A stretch of DNA of 48,488 nucleotides, taken from Patescibacteria group bacterium. Lineage in GTDB: Bacteria; Patescibacteriota; Minisyncoccia; UBA6257; HR35. The notes under the pieces are model-generated. The model did no database searches. It saw only the letters and a program-made list of their open reading frames with translations, and was not told the origin of the DNA. How positions within the stretch are numbered: position 1 is the first letter of the stretch; every line of letters begins with the position of its first letter. The stretch is taken from NCBI GenBank assembly GCA_030549895.1, contig JAUQQM010000003.1, forward strand, positions 1 through 48,488, read 5' to 3'. Shown piece after piece: positions 16,654 through 25,622 of the stretch. The position numbers and the translations under genes are program-made.

Positions 16654-18402
16654 ATGGAATTAAGGGAAAAAATAAGAAATTTTTGTATTATAGCTCATAT
16701 AGATCATGGAAAATCTACTTTAGCAGATAGATTCTTAGAACTCACTGGCACTGTCGAGAAAGAAAAACTCCAGCCTCAGTACCTGGATCAACTTTCTGTT
16801 GAAAGAAAACATGGGGTGACAGTAAAAATGCAACCAGTAAGGTTAAAATTTAAAGACTATATCCTAAATTTAATTGATACTCCTGGACATAGTGATTTTT
16901 CTTATGAAGTCTCACGAGCTCTTATGGCTGTAGATGGGTGTCTTCTTCTTGTTGATGTAACTCAAGGAATTCAAGCCCAAACAGTTTATTATTTTGAAGA
17001 AGCAAAAAAATTAAAGAAAACTATAATTCCAGTAATCAATAAAATTGATTTAAAAACACCTGAAGAGAGTCTAAAAATAAAATTAAAAGAAATGACAGGA
17101 ATTCAACCTTTAACTATCTCAGCTAAAACAGGAGAAGGAGTCGAAAATCTTTTAGAAAAATTGATAGAAATAGTAAATCCACCCGAAGAATTTAAAGAAG
17201 ATTTAGCTTTAATTTTTGATAGTCATTATCAGGACTATTTTGGTGTAGTTTTTCATGTAAGAATTTTTGGAGGAACTTTCCAAAAAGGAGAAACAATTTT
17301 TTTACCTCACTTAAATGAAAGACTAAAAATAACTCAAGTAGGTCATTTTACTCCCCAAATGAAAGAAGCCGAAAAACTTTCAAGCGGTGAAATTGGTTAT
17401 ATTGTTTGCAATTTAAAAAAAACAAACCCCTATCTTGTTGGTGAGTCAATAACAAAAAATTCTCAAATTAAAAATATTTTTGAATTTAAAAAGCCACAAA
17501 ATTTTATTTTTGCTTCGTTCTTTCCAGCAAAAGAAAGTGATTTTTTAAAATTCAAAGAAGTTATAGAAAAAATATGTCTTAATGATCCTTCATTAAGTTA
17601 TGAAGAAATCTATTTTAAAAACTTTGGAAGAGGTTTTAAAATAGGATTTTTAGGGCTTTTTCATCTTCAAATAATAAAAGAACGAATAGAAGAAGAATTC
17701 AAGACGGAAATAATAATAACCTTTCCTCTTATTCACTATAAAGCTATTCTTAAAAATGGAAAAGAAATATATGTTTCTGAAGATCTGCCGCCAGAAAATG
17801 AAATTCTTAAAACTCAAGAGCCATGGGTAGAGGTATTTTTGATTACACCAAAAGAATATCAATCATCAATTTTTGAGTTAATAAAACAAAAAAGAGGTTT
17901 AATCTTAGAAAAAAATGAAATAGATAAATTAGAAATAAGATTTGAAATGCCTCTTGAAGAACTTATAACTAATTTTTATGATCTTGTAAAATCAAAAAGC
18001 TCTGGGTATGCTTCTTTCTGGTGGGTCTTTAAGGAATACAAAGATAAAAAAATAGGTAAATTAGACATTTTAGTAAATGGGACAAAAATTTTTAGCTTAA
18101 TTGTAAGTGAAGAAAAAGCTCAAAAAATAGGAGAAAAAATTGTAGAAAAATTAAAAGAACTCTTAAGCCCAGAAAGTTACCCTCTAAAAATTCAAGCTTC
18201 ATACAAAAATAAAATAATAGCAAGTAGAACTATACCAGCCTTAGCAAAAAATCCTGCAAGTTGGCTTTATGGGGGTGATAGAACAAGAAAAATGAAACTT
18301 TGGAAAAAACAAAAAGAAGGCCAAAAGAAACTTCAAAAACTAGCAAAAGGAAAAACAAAAGTAAGTCCAGAAGTTTTAATAAAAGTTTTTAAAGAAATTT
18401 AA
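16654..18402 (+). CDS. lepA: elongation factor 4 (LepA)
   Basis: 582 aa. IRNFCIIAHIDHGKSTLADR, DTPGHSDF, NKIDL, C-terminal YGGDRTRKMKLWKKQKEGQKK. Confidence 0.9.
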   Translation: MELREKIRNFCIIAHIDHGKSTLADRFLELTGTVEKEKLQPQYLDQLSVERKHGVTVKMQPVRLKFKDYILNLIDTPGHSDFSYEVSRALMAVDGCLLLVDVTQGIQAQTVYYFEEAKKLKKTIIPVINKIDLKTPEESLKIKLKEMTGIQPLTISAKTGEGVENLLEKLIEIVNPPEEFKEDLALIFDSHYQDYFGVVFHVRIFGGTFQKGETIFLPHLNERLKITQVGHFTPQMKEAEKLSSGEIGYIVCNLKKTNPYLVGESITKNSQIKNIFEFKKPQNFIFASFFPAKESDFLKFKEVIEKICLNDPSLSYEEIYFKNFGRGFKIGFLGLFHLQIIKERIEEEFKTEIIITFPLIHYKAILKNGKEIYVSEDLPPENEILKTQEPWVEVFLITPKEYQSSIFELIKQKRGLILEKNEIDKLEIRFEMPLEELITNFYDLVKSKSSGYASFWWVFKEYKDKKIGKLDILVNGTKIFSLIVSEEKAQKIGEKIVEKLKELLSPESYPLKIQASYKNKIIASRTIPALAKNPASWLYGGDRTRKMKLWKKQKEGQKKLQKLAKGKTKVSPEVLIKVFKEI

Positions 18403-18408
18403 TTAGTT

Positions 18409-18414
18409 TATAAT
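18409..18414 (+). promoter_or_regulatory. -10 TATAAT, 6 nt upstream of the sodN ATG
   Basis: GTTTATAATTTAATA followed by ATG. Confidence 0.4.
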
Positions 18415-18420
18415 TTAATA

Positions 18421-18903
18421 ATGATAAAAAATTTTTTCAAAAAAATCTCTAAAAAAGCTTTAGCTCATTGTGATATTCCCTGTGGTATATATGAACCAGT
18501 TATTGCCAAAATAGCTGCCAAAACAGTCTTAAGAATGTGCCTTCAATTAAAAGAAATACCTTTACCAGATGACCTTAAAAATAAAGATCAAATTTTAATT
18601 TATCTTAACCAGATAACAAGAAGGATAAATATAAAAGAAGAACATGCTGAAATTGTTAAAAAGGAATTAAGAATTCTTTGGGGAGATTTCTTTAAAAAAG
18701 AACACTTAGAAAAATATCCTGAATTAGTTGATCTTTTTTGGCAAGGATTTAAAATAGCATCAAAAGCAAAACAAAGTGTCGATCCTGAAGTAGCTCAAGA
18801 ACTTTGCCAAATTGTTGACAAAATAGCTCAAATATTTTACCAGGTTAAAAATGATCCTCAAAGATATAATGCCTATCTTGAAATTACTGAAAAACTTTTC
18901 TAA
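18421..18903 (+). CDS. sodN: nickel-containing superoxide dismutase precursor
   Basis: 160 aa. A 15-aa propeptide, then the Ni-hook HCDIPCGIYEP. Downstream LWGDFFKKEHLEKYPEL and SVDPEVAQEL parallel Streptomyces NiSOD. Confidence 0.85.
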   Translation: MIKNFFKKISKKALAHCDIPCGIYEPVIAKIAAKTVLRMCLQLKEIPLPDDLKNKDQILIYLNQITRRINIKEEHAEIVKKELRILWGDFFKKEHLEKYPELVDLFWQGFKIASKAKQSVDPEVAQELCQIVDKIAQIFYQVKNDPQRYNAYLEITEKLF

Positions 18904-19153
18904 AAAAATATTTTTCGTCAAAATTGAAGGCTTAAGTTGTTTTCCTGAAATTTTACCAGAAAAAATTTATCTTGTTCTAGATATCAAGCCAAAAATTGGT
19001 GATTTTATTGTCTTTAAAGATGAAAGAGAAATTTTTGTAAAAAAATTAAAGAAAATAAAAGATAACTTCTTAATCTTAGAAGATAGTTTCAAAAAAGAAT
19101 ATAAAATAGAAAGAGAAAAAGTTTTAGGAAAAATAGTTTTAAAAATTACCTAG
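18851..19153 (+). CDS. sodX: SodX-like NiSOD maturation protease (S24/S26 family); start uncertain
   Basis: Up to 100 aa. VKIEGLSCFPEILP (Ser nucleophile context G.S..P.L), GDFIVF, VKKLKK (general-base Lys context). Immediately follows sodN. Possible starts at 18851, 18869 and 18878. Confidence 0.6.
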   Translation: MILKDIMPILKLLKNFSKKIFFVKIEGLSCFPEILPEKIYLVLDIKPKIGDFIVFKDEREIFVKKLKKIKDNFLILEDSFKKEYKIEREKVLGKIVLKIT

Positions 19154-19322
19154 TTGGTGGAGAAGAGGTTGGTCCTTTTATTCCATAACCAGGAGGGGTT
19201 GTCGGTGGTTTTATTGGTGGAAATTGCCCAGTCTTTTTTCTGGTAACTTTTACAGGCAAAAATAAAGAAAAAACAAGAGAAATTATCAAAATTAAAACCA
19301 AAAAAGCAAAAAATTTTCTCAT
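19149..19322 (-). CDS. candidate 57-aa secreted or lipoprotein-like peptide (not in ORF track)
   Basis: My translation: MRKFFAFLVLILIISLVFSLFFACKSYQKKDWAISTNKTTDNPSWLWNKRTNLFSTN. Signal-like N-terminus with a Cys after FFA. TGCTATAAT lies 6 nt upstream. Confidence 0.35.
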
Positions 19323-19328
19323 TAAATT

Positions 19329-19337
19329 ATTATAGCA
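19329..19337 (-). promoter_or_regulatory. extended -10 TGCTATAAT, 6 nt upstream of ATG 19322
   Basis: The plus strand reads ATTATAGCA. Confidence 0.4.
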
Positions 19338-19379
19338 GAGCTTGCTTTTAAGAAAATTTCATTTAAAATATATATAGCT

Positions 19380-20180
19380 ATGTTAGATACTATTTTGAAA
19401 TTTCATAAAAAACTAGATCTTAGAGTTGGCGAAATTGTTGAAGGTGAAGTTATAGAAAAAAGAGCTTCAGAAGTTTTTATTGATCTTGGAATTTTTGGAA
19501 TTGGAAGAATATATGGACTTGAATATATGACAAATAAAGATATCATAAAAGATTTAGAAGTTGGGGAAAAAATAAAAGTAAAGGTTGTTGGACTTAAAGA
19601 TAAATTTGGTTATATTGAGCTTTCATTTAGAGGAATTAAAAATATGATAGGTTGGGAAAGAGTAAAAGAAGCTTATGAAAAAAATGAAATTCTAGAATTA
19701 GAAGTAAAAGATGTCAATAATGGTGGTCTTATTGTAAATTGCTTTTCTTTAAAAGGTTTTGTCCCTGTTTCTCATCTTATGCCCCAATACTATCCAAGAG
19801 TTCAAGAAAATGAAAAAAACAAAATTGCTTTTTATCTTAGAAATTTAATTGGCAAAAAATTAAGATTAAGAATAATAGATTTTAATCCTGAAGAAGAAAA
19901 ATTAATCCTTTCTCAAAAAGCAGCTGAAGAAGAAACTATTCAAAATTACCTTATGCAACTTAAAGTTGGTCAAATTGTCGAAGGAGTAGTTACGGGTATT
20001 AGCAAGTTTGGAGTTTTTATCAAAATAAAGGATTGGCCAATCGAGGGGCTTGTCCATATTTCTGAAATTCCTAGCCAAATAAAAGAAGAATTAAAAATAG
20101 GTTCTGACATTAAAGCTAAAATCTTAAAAATAGAAGGTAATAGAGTCTTTTTCACTTTAAAGTTTTCTGAACAAGTATGA
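19380..20180 (+). CDS. S1 RNA-binding domain protein (short ribosomal protein S1-like, about 3 S1 repeats)
   Basis: 266 aa. Repeated G.(I/V).(E/K)G.V.......G.F(I/V)..., for example VGEIVEGEVIEK..SEVFIDLG and VGQIVEGVVTGISKFGVFIKI. Confidence 0.7.
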   Translation: MLDTILKFHKKLDLRVGEIVEGEVIEKRASEVFIDLGIFGIGRIYGLEYMTNKDIIKDLEVGEKIKVKVVGLKDKFGYIELSFRGIKNMIGWERVKEAYEKNEILELEVKDVNNGGLIVNCFSLKGFVPVSHLMPQYYPRVQENEKNKIAFYLRNLIGKKLRLRIIDFNPEEEKLILSQKAAEEETIQNYLMQLKVGQIVEGVVTGISKFGVFIKIKDWPIEGLVHISEIPSQIKEELKIGSDIKAKILKIEGNRVFFTLKFSEQV

Positions 20181-22000
20181 AAAATATAAATTCTTTTCTT
20201 CAAGCATTTTTAATTGTCATCTCTCTTTTCTTGGTAATTTCAATAATTTTCAATTTCTTAACTCAAAAAGAAGTTAAAACTCAAATTTTAACTTTAAAAG
20301 AATTTAAAGAAATAATTGAAAATCAATCAAGTGCGATTGAAAAAATTGTAGTCTTCCCCCAAAAAATAAATGTTTTTACAAAAGAGAAAATTTTTGAACT
20401 ACCAAAAGATCAAAATTCAAGTTTTTATGACCTTATAAGTCTCCTTAATATCGAAAAAGAGAAATTTTCATCAATCCCAACCGACTTTAGAGAACCTCAA
20501 AATATATCTTTAATTTTGAACATTATTTTAAATCTCCTTCCTTTTGTTATTCTTTTTTGGATTCTATGGTCGCTTTCTAAACAAACTCAAAAAGGTTCAA
20601 TGCAAATATTTTCTTTCGGAAAATCAGGAATAAAAGTTTATAACCCAAATGATCCAAATAAAATTACTTTTAAAGATGTTGCTAATCTTCAAGAAGCAAA
20701 AGAAGAGTTAATGGAAGTTGTTGATTTTCTTAAAAATCCTGAAAAATTTCTCAATATCGGAGCAAAAATACCTCGAGGAGTTCTTCTTGTAGGACCTCCT
20801 GGCTCTGGAAAAACTTATCTTGCTAGAGCAACGGCAGCTGAAGCTGGAGTTCCATTTTTTTATATTTCAGGATCTGAATTTGTTGAACTTTTTGTTGGTA
20901 TTGGAGCAAGTAGGGTTAGAGATGCTTTTGCTATTGCTAAAAAAAATCAGCCATGTATTCTTTTTATAGATGAAATTGACGCAATCGGAAAATTAAGAGG
21001 TGTAGGTCTTATAGGAAGTCATGAAGAAAGAGAACAAACTTTAAATCAAATCCTAGTTGAAATGGATGGATTTGAAAAAGAAACAAAAGTAGTTGTTCTT
21101 GCAGCCACAAACAGACCCGATGTTCTGGATCCAGCTTTACTTAGACCTGGAAGATTTGATAGAAAAATAGTTTTAGATCTTCCTGATATAAAAGCAAGAG
21201 AAGAAATATTAAAAATTCATTTAAGAGATAAAAAAGTTGGAAAGATAAATTTAAAAGAAGTAGCTCTAAGAACACCTGGTTTTTCGGGAGCTGATCTTGC
21301 CAATCTCTGTAACGAAGCTGCTATTTTAGCGGCAAGAAGAAATAAAGAATTTATTGAACAAAAGGAACTTCTAGAAGCTATCGATAAAGTAATTTTAGGA
21401 CCAGAAAGAAAAACAAAAGTTTTCTCAAAGAAAGAAAAAGAAGTCGCTGCTTATCATGAAGCTGGACATGCTATTGTTGCTCATTATCTTCCTCACTCAA
21501 ATAGAGTAGAGAAAATATCAATAATTTCAAGAGGAAGGGCTGGTGGTTATACTTTAAAAGTACCAAAAGAAGAAAGAAATTTTTATTTCAAAAAAGAATT
21601 TCTAGATGAAATAGCTTCTACTTTAGGAGGTTATGCAGCTGAAAAATTGATATTTTCTGATGTAAGTACTGGACCACATAATGATCTTGAAATAGCAACA
21701 GAACTTGCAAAACAAGTTGTCACTCGTTTTGGTATGTCAGAAAAATTAGGCCCAATTTCTTTAACTAGACAACAAAAAGAATTCTTTCTTACAAGTGATT
21801 ATTCAGAAAAAACAGCTGAACTTATTGATGAAGAGGTAAAATCAATAATTAACCAAGCTCTAGAAAGAGCTAATAAAGTTCTTGAATTAAAAATAGATAA
21901 GCTTCATAAAGTAGCTAAAGTCTTAATTAAAAAAGAAGTTATTGAAAGGAAACAATTTGAAAGGTTAGTTGAAGATAAAAAAGGCTCTCTAAATATTTAA
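20177..22000 (+). CDS. ftsH: ATP-dependent zinc metalloprotease FtsH
   Basis: 607 aa. Two N-terminal TM helices, Walker A GPPGSGKT, ILFIDEIDA, SRH region TNRPDVLDPALLRPGRFDR, zinc site HEAGHAIV. Confidence 0.95.
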   Translation: MKNINSFLQAFLIVISLFLVISIIFNFLTQKEVKTQILTLKEFKEIIENQSSAIEKIVVFPQKINVFTKEKIFELPKDQNSSFYDLISLLNIEKEKFSSIPTDFREPQNISLILNIILNLLPFVILFWILWSLSKQTQKGSMQIFSFGKSGIKVYNPNDPNKITFKDVANLQEAKEELMEVVDFLKNPEKFLNIGAKIPRGVLLVGPPGSGKTYLARATAAEAGVPFFYISGSEFVELFVGIGASRVRDAFAIAKKNQPCILFIDEIDAIGKLRGVGLIGSHEEREQTLNQILVEMDGFEKETKVVVLAATNRPDVLDPALLRPGRFDRKIVLDLPDIKAREEILKIHLRDKKVGKINLKEVALRTPGFSGADLANLCNEAAILAARRNKEFIEQKELLEAIDKVILGPERKTKVFSKKEKEVAAYHEAGHAIVAHYLPHSNRVEKISIISRGRAGGYTLKVPKEERNFYFKKEFLDEIASTLGGYAAEKLIFSDVSTGPHNDLEIATELAKQVVTRFGMSEKLGPISLTRQQKEFFLTSDYSEKTAELIDEEVKSIINQALERANKVLELKIDKLHKVAKVLIKKEVIERKQFERLVEDKKGSLNI

Positions 22001-22005
22001 ACTTG

Positions 22006-22077
22006 TGCGCCGAGCTGGATTCGAACCAGCGACCCCCGACTTATAAGGTCGGTGCTCTACCGCTGAGCTATCGGCGC
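22006..22077 (-). tRNA. tRNA-Ile with anticodon UAU (reads AUA)
   Basis: Reverse complement is GCGCCGA-TA-GCTC-AGCGGTA-GAGC-A-CCGAC-CTTATAA-GTCGG-GGGTC-GCTGG-TTCGAAT-CCAGC-TCGGCGC-A. All stems are perfect. The loop is CT-TAT-AA and the discriminator is A. No CCA is encoded. Confidence 0.8.
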
Positions 22078-22082
22078 AAAAT

Positions 22083-25000
22083 TTAATCAAAAACAAAACC
22101 TCTAACACCTGTTCCAGCTGGTATTTTCTTTCCTAAAATTACATTTTCTTTTATTCCTCTTAATTTGTCAACTCTTCCTTCTATGGCTGCTTTTACCAGA
22201 ACCCTGGCAGTCTCCTGAAAAGAAGCAGCTGAAAGAAAACTATAAGTTGTAAGAGCTGCTCTTGTAATTCCCAAAAGTATTTCTTTTGCTTTAATTAGTT
22301 TTAAGCCACTCTTTTTAAGTTCTTTATTTCTTTCAAGAATAACTGCTTTTTCTACAATTTCATTTTTAACAAATTCACTATCACCCGGGTCTATAATTTT
22401 AGCTCTTGAGAACATTTGTCTTATTATAACTTCAAAATGTTTATCATGAATCGTTACTCCTTGAAAAGTATAGATTTTTTTGACTTCGTTAAGGAGATAT
22501 CTTATCGCAGCTTCTTTGCCTTTTAATTTAAATAATTTCTTTGGACTAAGAGGACCACTTGAAATTATATCTCCTTTATTTATCTGGTCTCCAGGCTTTA
22601 CATTCAAGGTAAGAACAATAGGAACATTAATTGTAATTTTTCCATTATTAGTATTAATCAAAACTTTATAATACTTTGTCTCTTTTTTAATTTCTTCAAT
22701 CTTTCCACTTACAGGACTAATAACTCCTTCATTCTTTGGATTTCTTGCTTCTAAAAGTTCTTCTACTCTTGGGATTCCTGTAGTAATATCAGCTGAACCA
22801 GCAACTCCACCTACATGAAATGTTCTCATTGTTAGCTGAGTACCTGGTTCTCCAATTGACTGCGCAGCTACTATACCGCAAGCTTCTCCTATCTTTATAG
22901 GTTTATCATAAGCAAGATCTAATCCATAACAAAGGGCACATATTCCATAAATTGATTTGCAAGTAAGAGGACTTCTTACTCTTAGGCTTTCTTTGCCTAA
23001 GCTTTCTATAATTTTTGCTTTTTCTTTAGTAATAAATTCTCCTACATCAACTATAATTTCTCCATCTTTTTCAATTCTCTCCAAGCTTACTCTAGAGTAA
23101 ATCTTATACCAAAATGGTTCATTAACTTCTTTAGCATCTTGTTTTGTTATTATCCAACCAGTTTTATCTTTACAGTCAGCTTCAATAATTGTGACATCTT
23201 GAGCAACATCAACCATCCTTCTTGTAAGATAACCAGCCTTAGATGTTTTAAGAGCAGTATCTACTGTTCCTTTTCTAGCTCCGTGGGTTGAAACGAAATA
23301 ACCTAAAGGACTAAGACCTTCTTTGTAATTTGACTTTATAGGAAGTTCTATTATTTCTCCTGCTGGATTAGTTACAAGACCTTTTAAAGAAGCCATTTGA
23401 GTTAGCTGTCCCCAGTTACCTTTTGCTCCAGCGTCTATCATAATTCTAGGAGGGTTAAAAATTTCTTTTTCAACTCTTTCTTTATACATATCATTTATCT
23501 TTTTTATAGCTCTTGAATAAATTTCTATCTTAAGTAGTTTTCTTTCTTCTTCGCTTATAAGACCGTTTTCAAAACTTTCTTCAATCTTTTCGATATCTTT
23601 TTCAATTTCTTTAAAGACCATTTCTTTTTGTTCTGGAAAACTTAAAAAGTCACTCACCGAAAGAGAAAGACCAGATTTTTCAGCATACTTAAAACCTAAT
23701 GACTTAAGACTGTCAAGGACAAAGACAACAATTTCTAAATCATACTTATGATAAATTTCATCTATAAGCTCTATCAATTTTTTCTTTGTCATTACTTCAT
23801 TTACAAAATCAAAATCAGCTGGCAAAATTTTATTGAAAATAATTCTGCCAACAGTAGTTTTTAAATCTTTTTGATTTTTAACTCTCTTAACTAAAATTTC
23901 TTCATGAAGGTTAATTTGCCCATTTTCATAGTAAAAAAGTGCTTCATCTTCGTCATAAAATACTTTTTCTTTCTCTGAAAAAGTCTTAAGAGTAAGATAG
24001 TAACAACCTAAAACAACATCTAGAGTAGGGACAGTTATTGGCTCGCCTGAGCCTGGTTTAAGAATATTTTTAGAAGAAAGCATAATCTCTCTTGCTTCAA
24101 GTTGAGCCTCATCAGTTAAAGGTAAATGAACTGCCATTTGATCTCCATCAAAATCAGCATTAAAAGCAGTACAGACAAATGGAGGAATTCTTATAGCTAG
24201 ACCATCAACTAAAACTGGCTTGAAAGCTTGAATTCCTAAGCGATGAAGAGTTGGAGCTCTATTTAAAAGCACATACTTATCTTCAATTACTTTTTCAAGA
24301 GCAGCCCAAACTTCATCGCTTTTTGTCTCAATAATATAGTTTGCATGACTTGGATTGGTAGCTATCCCTCTTTCAATAAGTTCTCTTATAACAAAAGGTT
24401 TAAAAATTTCTAAAGCTAAAGTTTTTGGAAGACCGCACTCATAAAGTTTTAATTCAGGGCCAACTATAATTACTGCTCTTCCGGAAAAATCTACTCTCTT
24501 ACCCAATAGATTTTTTCTAAATCTTCCTTCTTTGCCCTTTAAAGATTCTGCTAATGATTTAAGGGGTCTTTTTGTCCCTCCAGTTCTTTTTACAGCTTGA
24601 GTTTTTCTAATAGTATTATCTAAAAGAGCATCAACGGCTTCTTGAAGCATTCTTTTTTCATTTCTTAAAATTATCTCTGGAGCTCGAAACTCAATTAATT
24701 TTTTAAGTCTATTATTTCTGTTAATAACTCTTCGGTAAAGATCATTTAAATCAGAACTTGCATAAGTACCAGTCTCGAGCTGAATAGCGGGTCTGAGATC
24801 TGGTGGAATAACTGGAAGAACTGTTAAAAACATCCATTCAGGCCTTGTTTTATTTTTAATAAATCCTTTGATAACTTTTAATTTTAAGAGTAATTTCTTT
24901 TTCTCATTTCCTTTTGCTTTAGCGATTTTTTCTTCTGTTTCTTTTTTAAGTTTTTCTAAATCTATTTCTTCTAAAAACTTTACAATTGGCTCAGAACCAA

Positions 25001-25622
25001 TTGAAACTTCAAAAATAGCACCAAATTTCCTTGAATACTCATAGTACTCAACATCCGAAAGTATAGATTTTACTTTTATTTTTTCCAATTCCATCATATT
25101 TCTATTGTAGATCTCTTTTATTCTTTCTCTTTGAGCTGGATCTTCGGTTTTCATCAATTCTTTAAATTCTTGATCTATCTTTTCTTTTACTTTTTGTTTT
25201 TCTAATTCGTTTACTTTTGTAATGATATAAGCAGAATAATAAATAACTTTCTCTAATTGCTGAACAGGAATATCTAAAATTAAAGAAATTCTAGAAGGAA
25301 CAATTCTTAAAAACCAAATATGAGCAACAGGAATAGCTAAAGAAATATGACCCATTCTTTCTCTTCTCACATAATTAGAAGTAACCTCAACTAAGCATCT
25401 ATCACAAACCATTCCTTTAAATTTTATTCCTTTTAATTTACCACAATAACACTCGTAGTTTTTTGTAGGACCAAAAATTCTTTCAGAAAAAAGTCCATCT
25501 TTATCAGCTTTTTGAGTTCTATAGTTAATAGTTTCTGGTTTTAAAACTTCACCATAAGACCAACTTAAAATAGTCTCTGGTGAGGCAATAGTAATTTTTA
25601 ATGATTTAATTTCTCCTTTCAT
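22083..25622 (-). CDS. rpoC: DNA-directed RNA polymerase beta' subunit
   Basis: 1179 aa. Zn finger CYCGK...C.RC, catalytic NADFDGDQMAVH, and trigger loop/bridge helix regions are recognisable. Confidence 0.95.
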   Translation of the reverse strand: MKGEIKSLKITIASPETILSWSYGEVLKPETINYRTQKADKDGLFSERIFGPTKNYECYCGKLKGIKFKGMVCDRCLVEVTSNYVRRERMGHISLAIPVAHIWFLRIVPSRISLILDIPVQQLEKVIYYSAYIITKVNELEKQKVKEKIDQEFKELMKTEDPAQRERIKEIYNRNMMELEKIKVKSILSDVEYYEYSRKFGAIFEVSIGSEPIVKFLEEIDLEKLKKETEEKIAKAKGNEKKKLLLKLKVIKGFIKNKTRPEWMFLTVLPVIPPDLRPAIQLETGTYASSDLNDLYRRVINRNNRLKKLIEFRAPEIILRNEKRMLQEAVDALLDNTIRKTQAVKRTGGTKRPLKSLAESLKGKEGRFRKNLLGKRVDFSGRAVIIVGPELKLYECGLPKTLALEIFKPFVIRELIERGIATNPSHANYIIETKSDEVWAALEKVIEDKYVLLNRAPTLHRLGIQAFKPVLVDGLAIRIPPFVCTAFNADFDGDQMAVHLPLTDEAQLEAREIMLSSKNILKPGSGEPITVPTLDVVLGCYYLTLKTFSEKEKVFYDEDEALFYYENGQINLHEEILVKRVKNQKDLKTTVGRIIFNKILPADFDFVNEVMTKKKLIELIDEIYHKYDLEIVVFVLDSLKSLGFKYAEKSGLSLSVSDFLSFPEQKEMVFKEIEKDIEKIEESFENGLISEEERKLLKIEIYSRAIKKINDMYKERVEKEIFNPPRIMIDAGAKGNWGQLTQMASLKGLVTNPAGEIIELPIKSNYKEGLSPLGYFVSTHGARKGTVDTALKTSKAGYLTRRMVDVAQDVTIIEADCKDKTGWIITKQDAKEVNEPFWYKIYSRVSLERIEKDGEIIVDVGEFITKEKAKIIESLGKESLRVRSPLTCKSIYGICALCYGLDLAYDKPIKIGEACGIVAAQSIGEPGTQLTMRTFHVGGVAGSADITTGIPRVEELLEARNPKNEGVISPVSGKIEEIKKETKYYKVLINTNNGKITINVPIVLTLNVKPGDQINKGDIISSGPLSPKKLFKLKGKEAAIRYLLNEVKKIYTFQGVTIHDKHFEVIIRQMFSRAKIIDPGDSEFVKNEIVEKAVILERNKELKKSGLKLIKAKEILLGITRAALTTYSFLSAASFQETARVLVKAAIEGRVDKLRGIKENVILGKKIPAGTGVRGFVFD

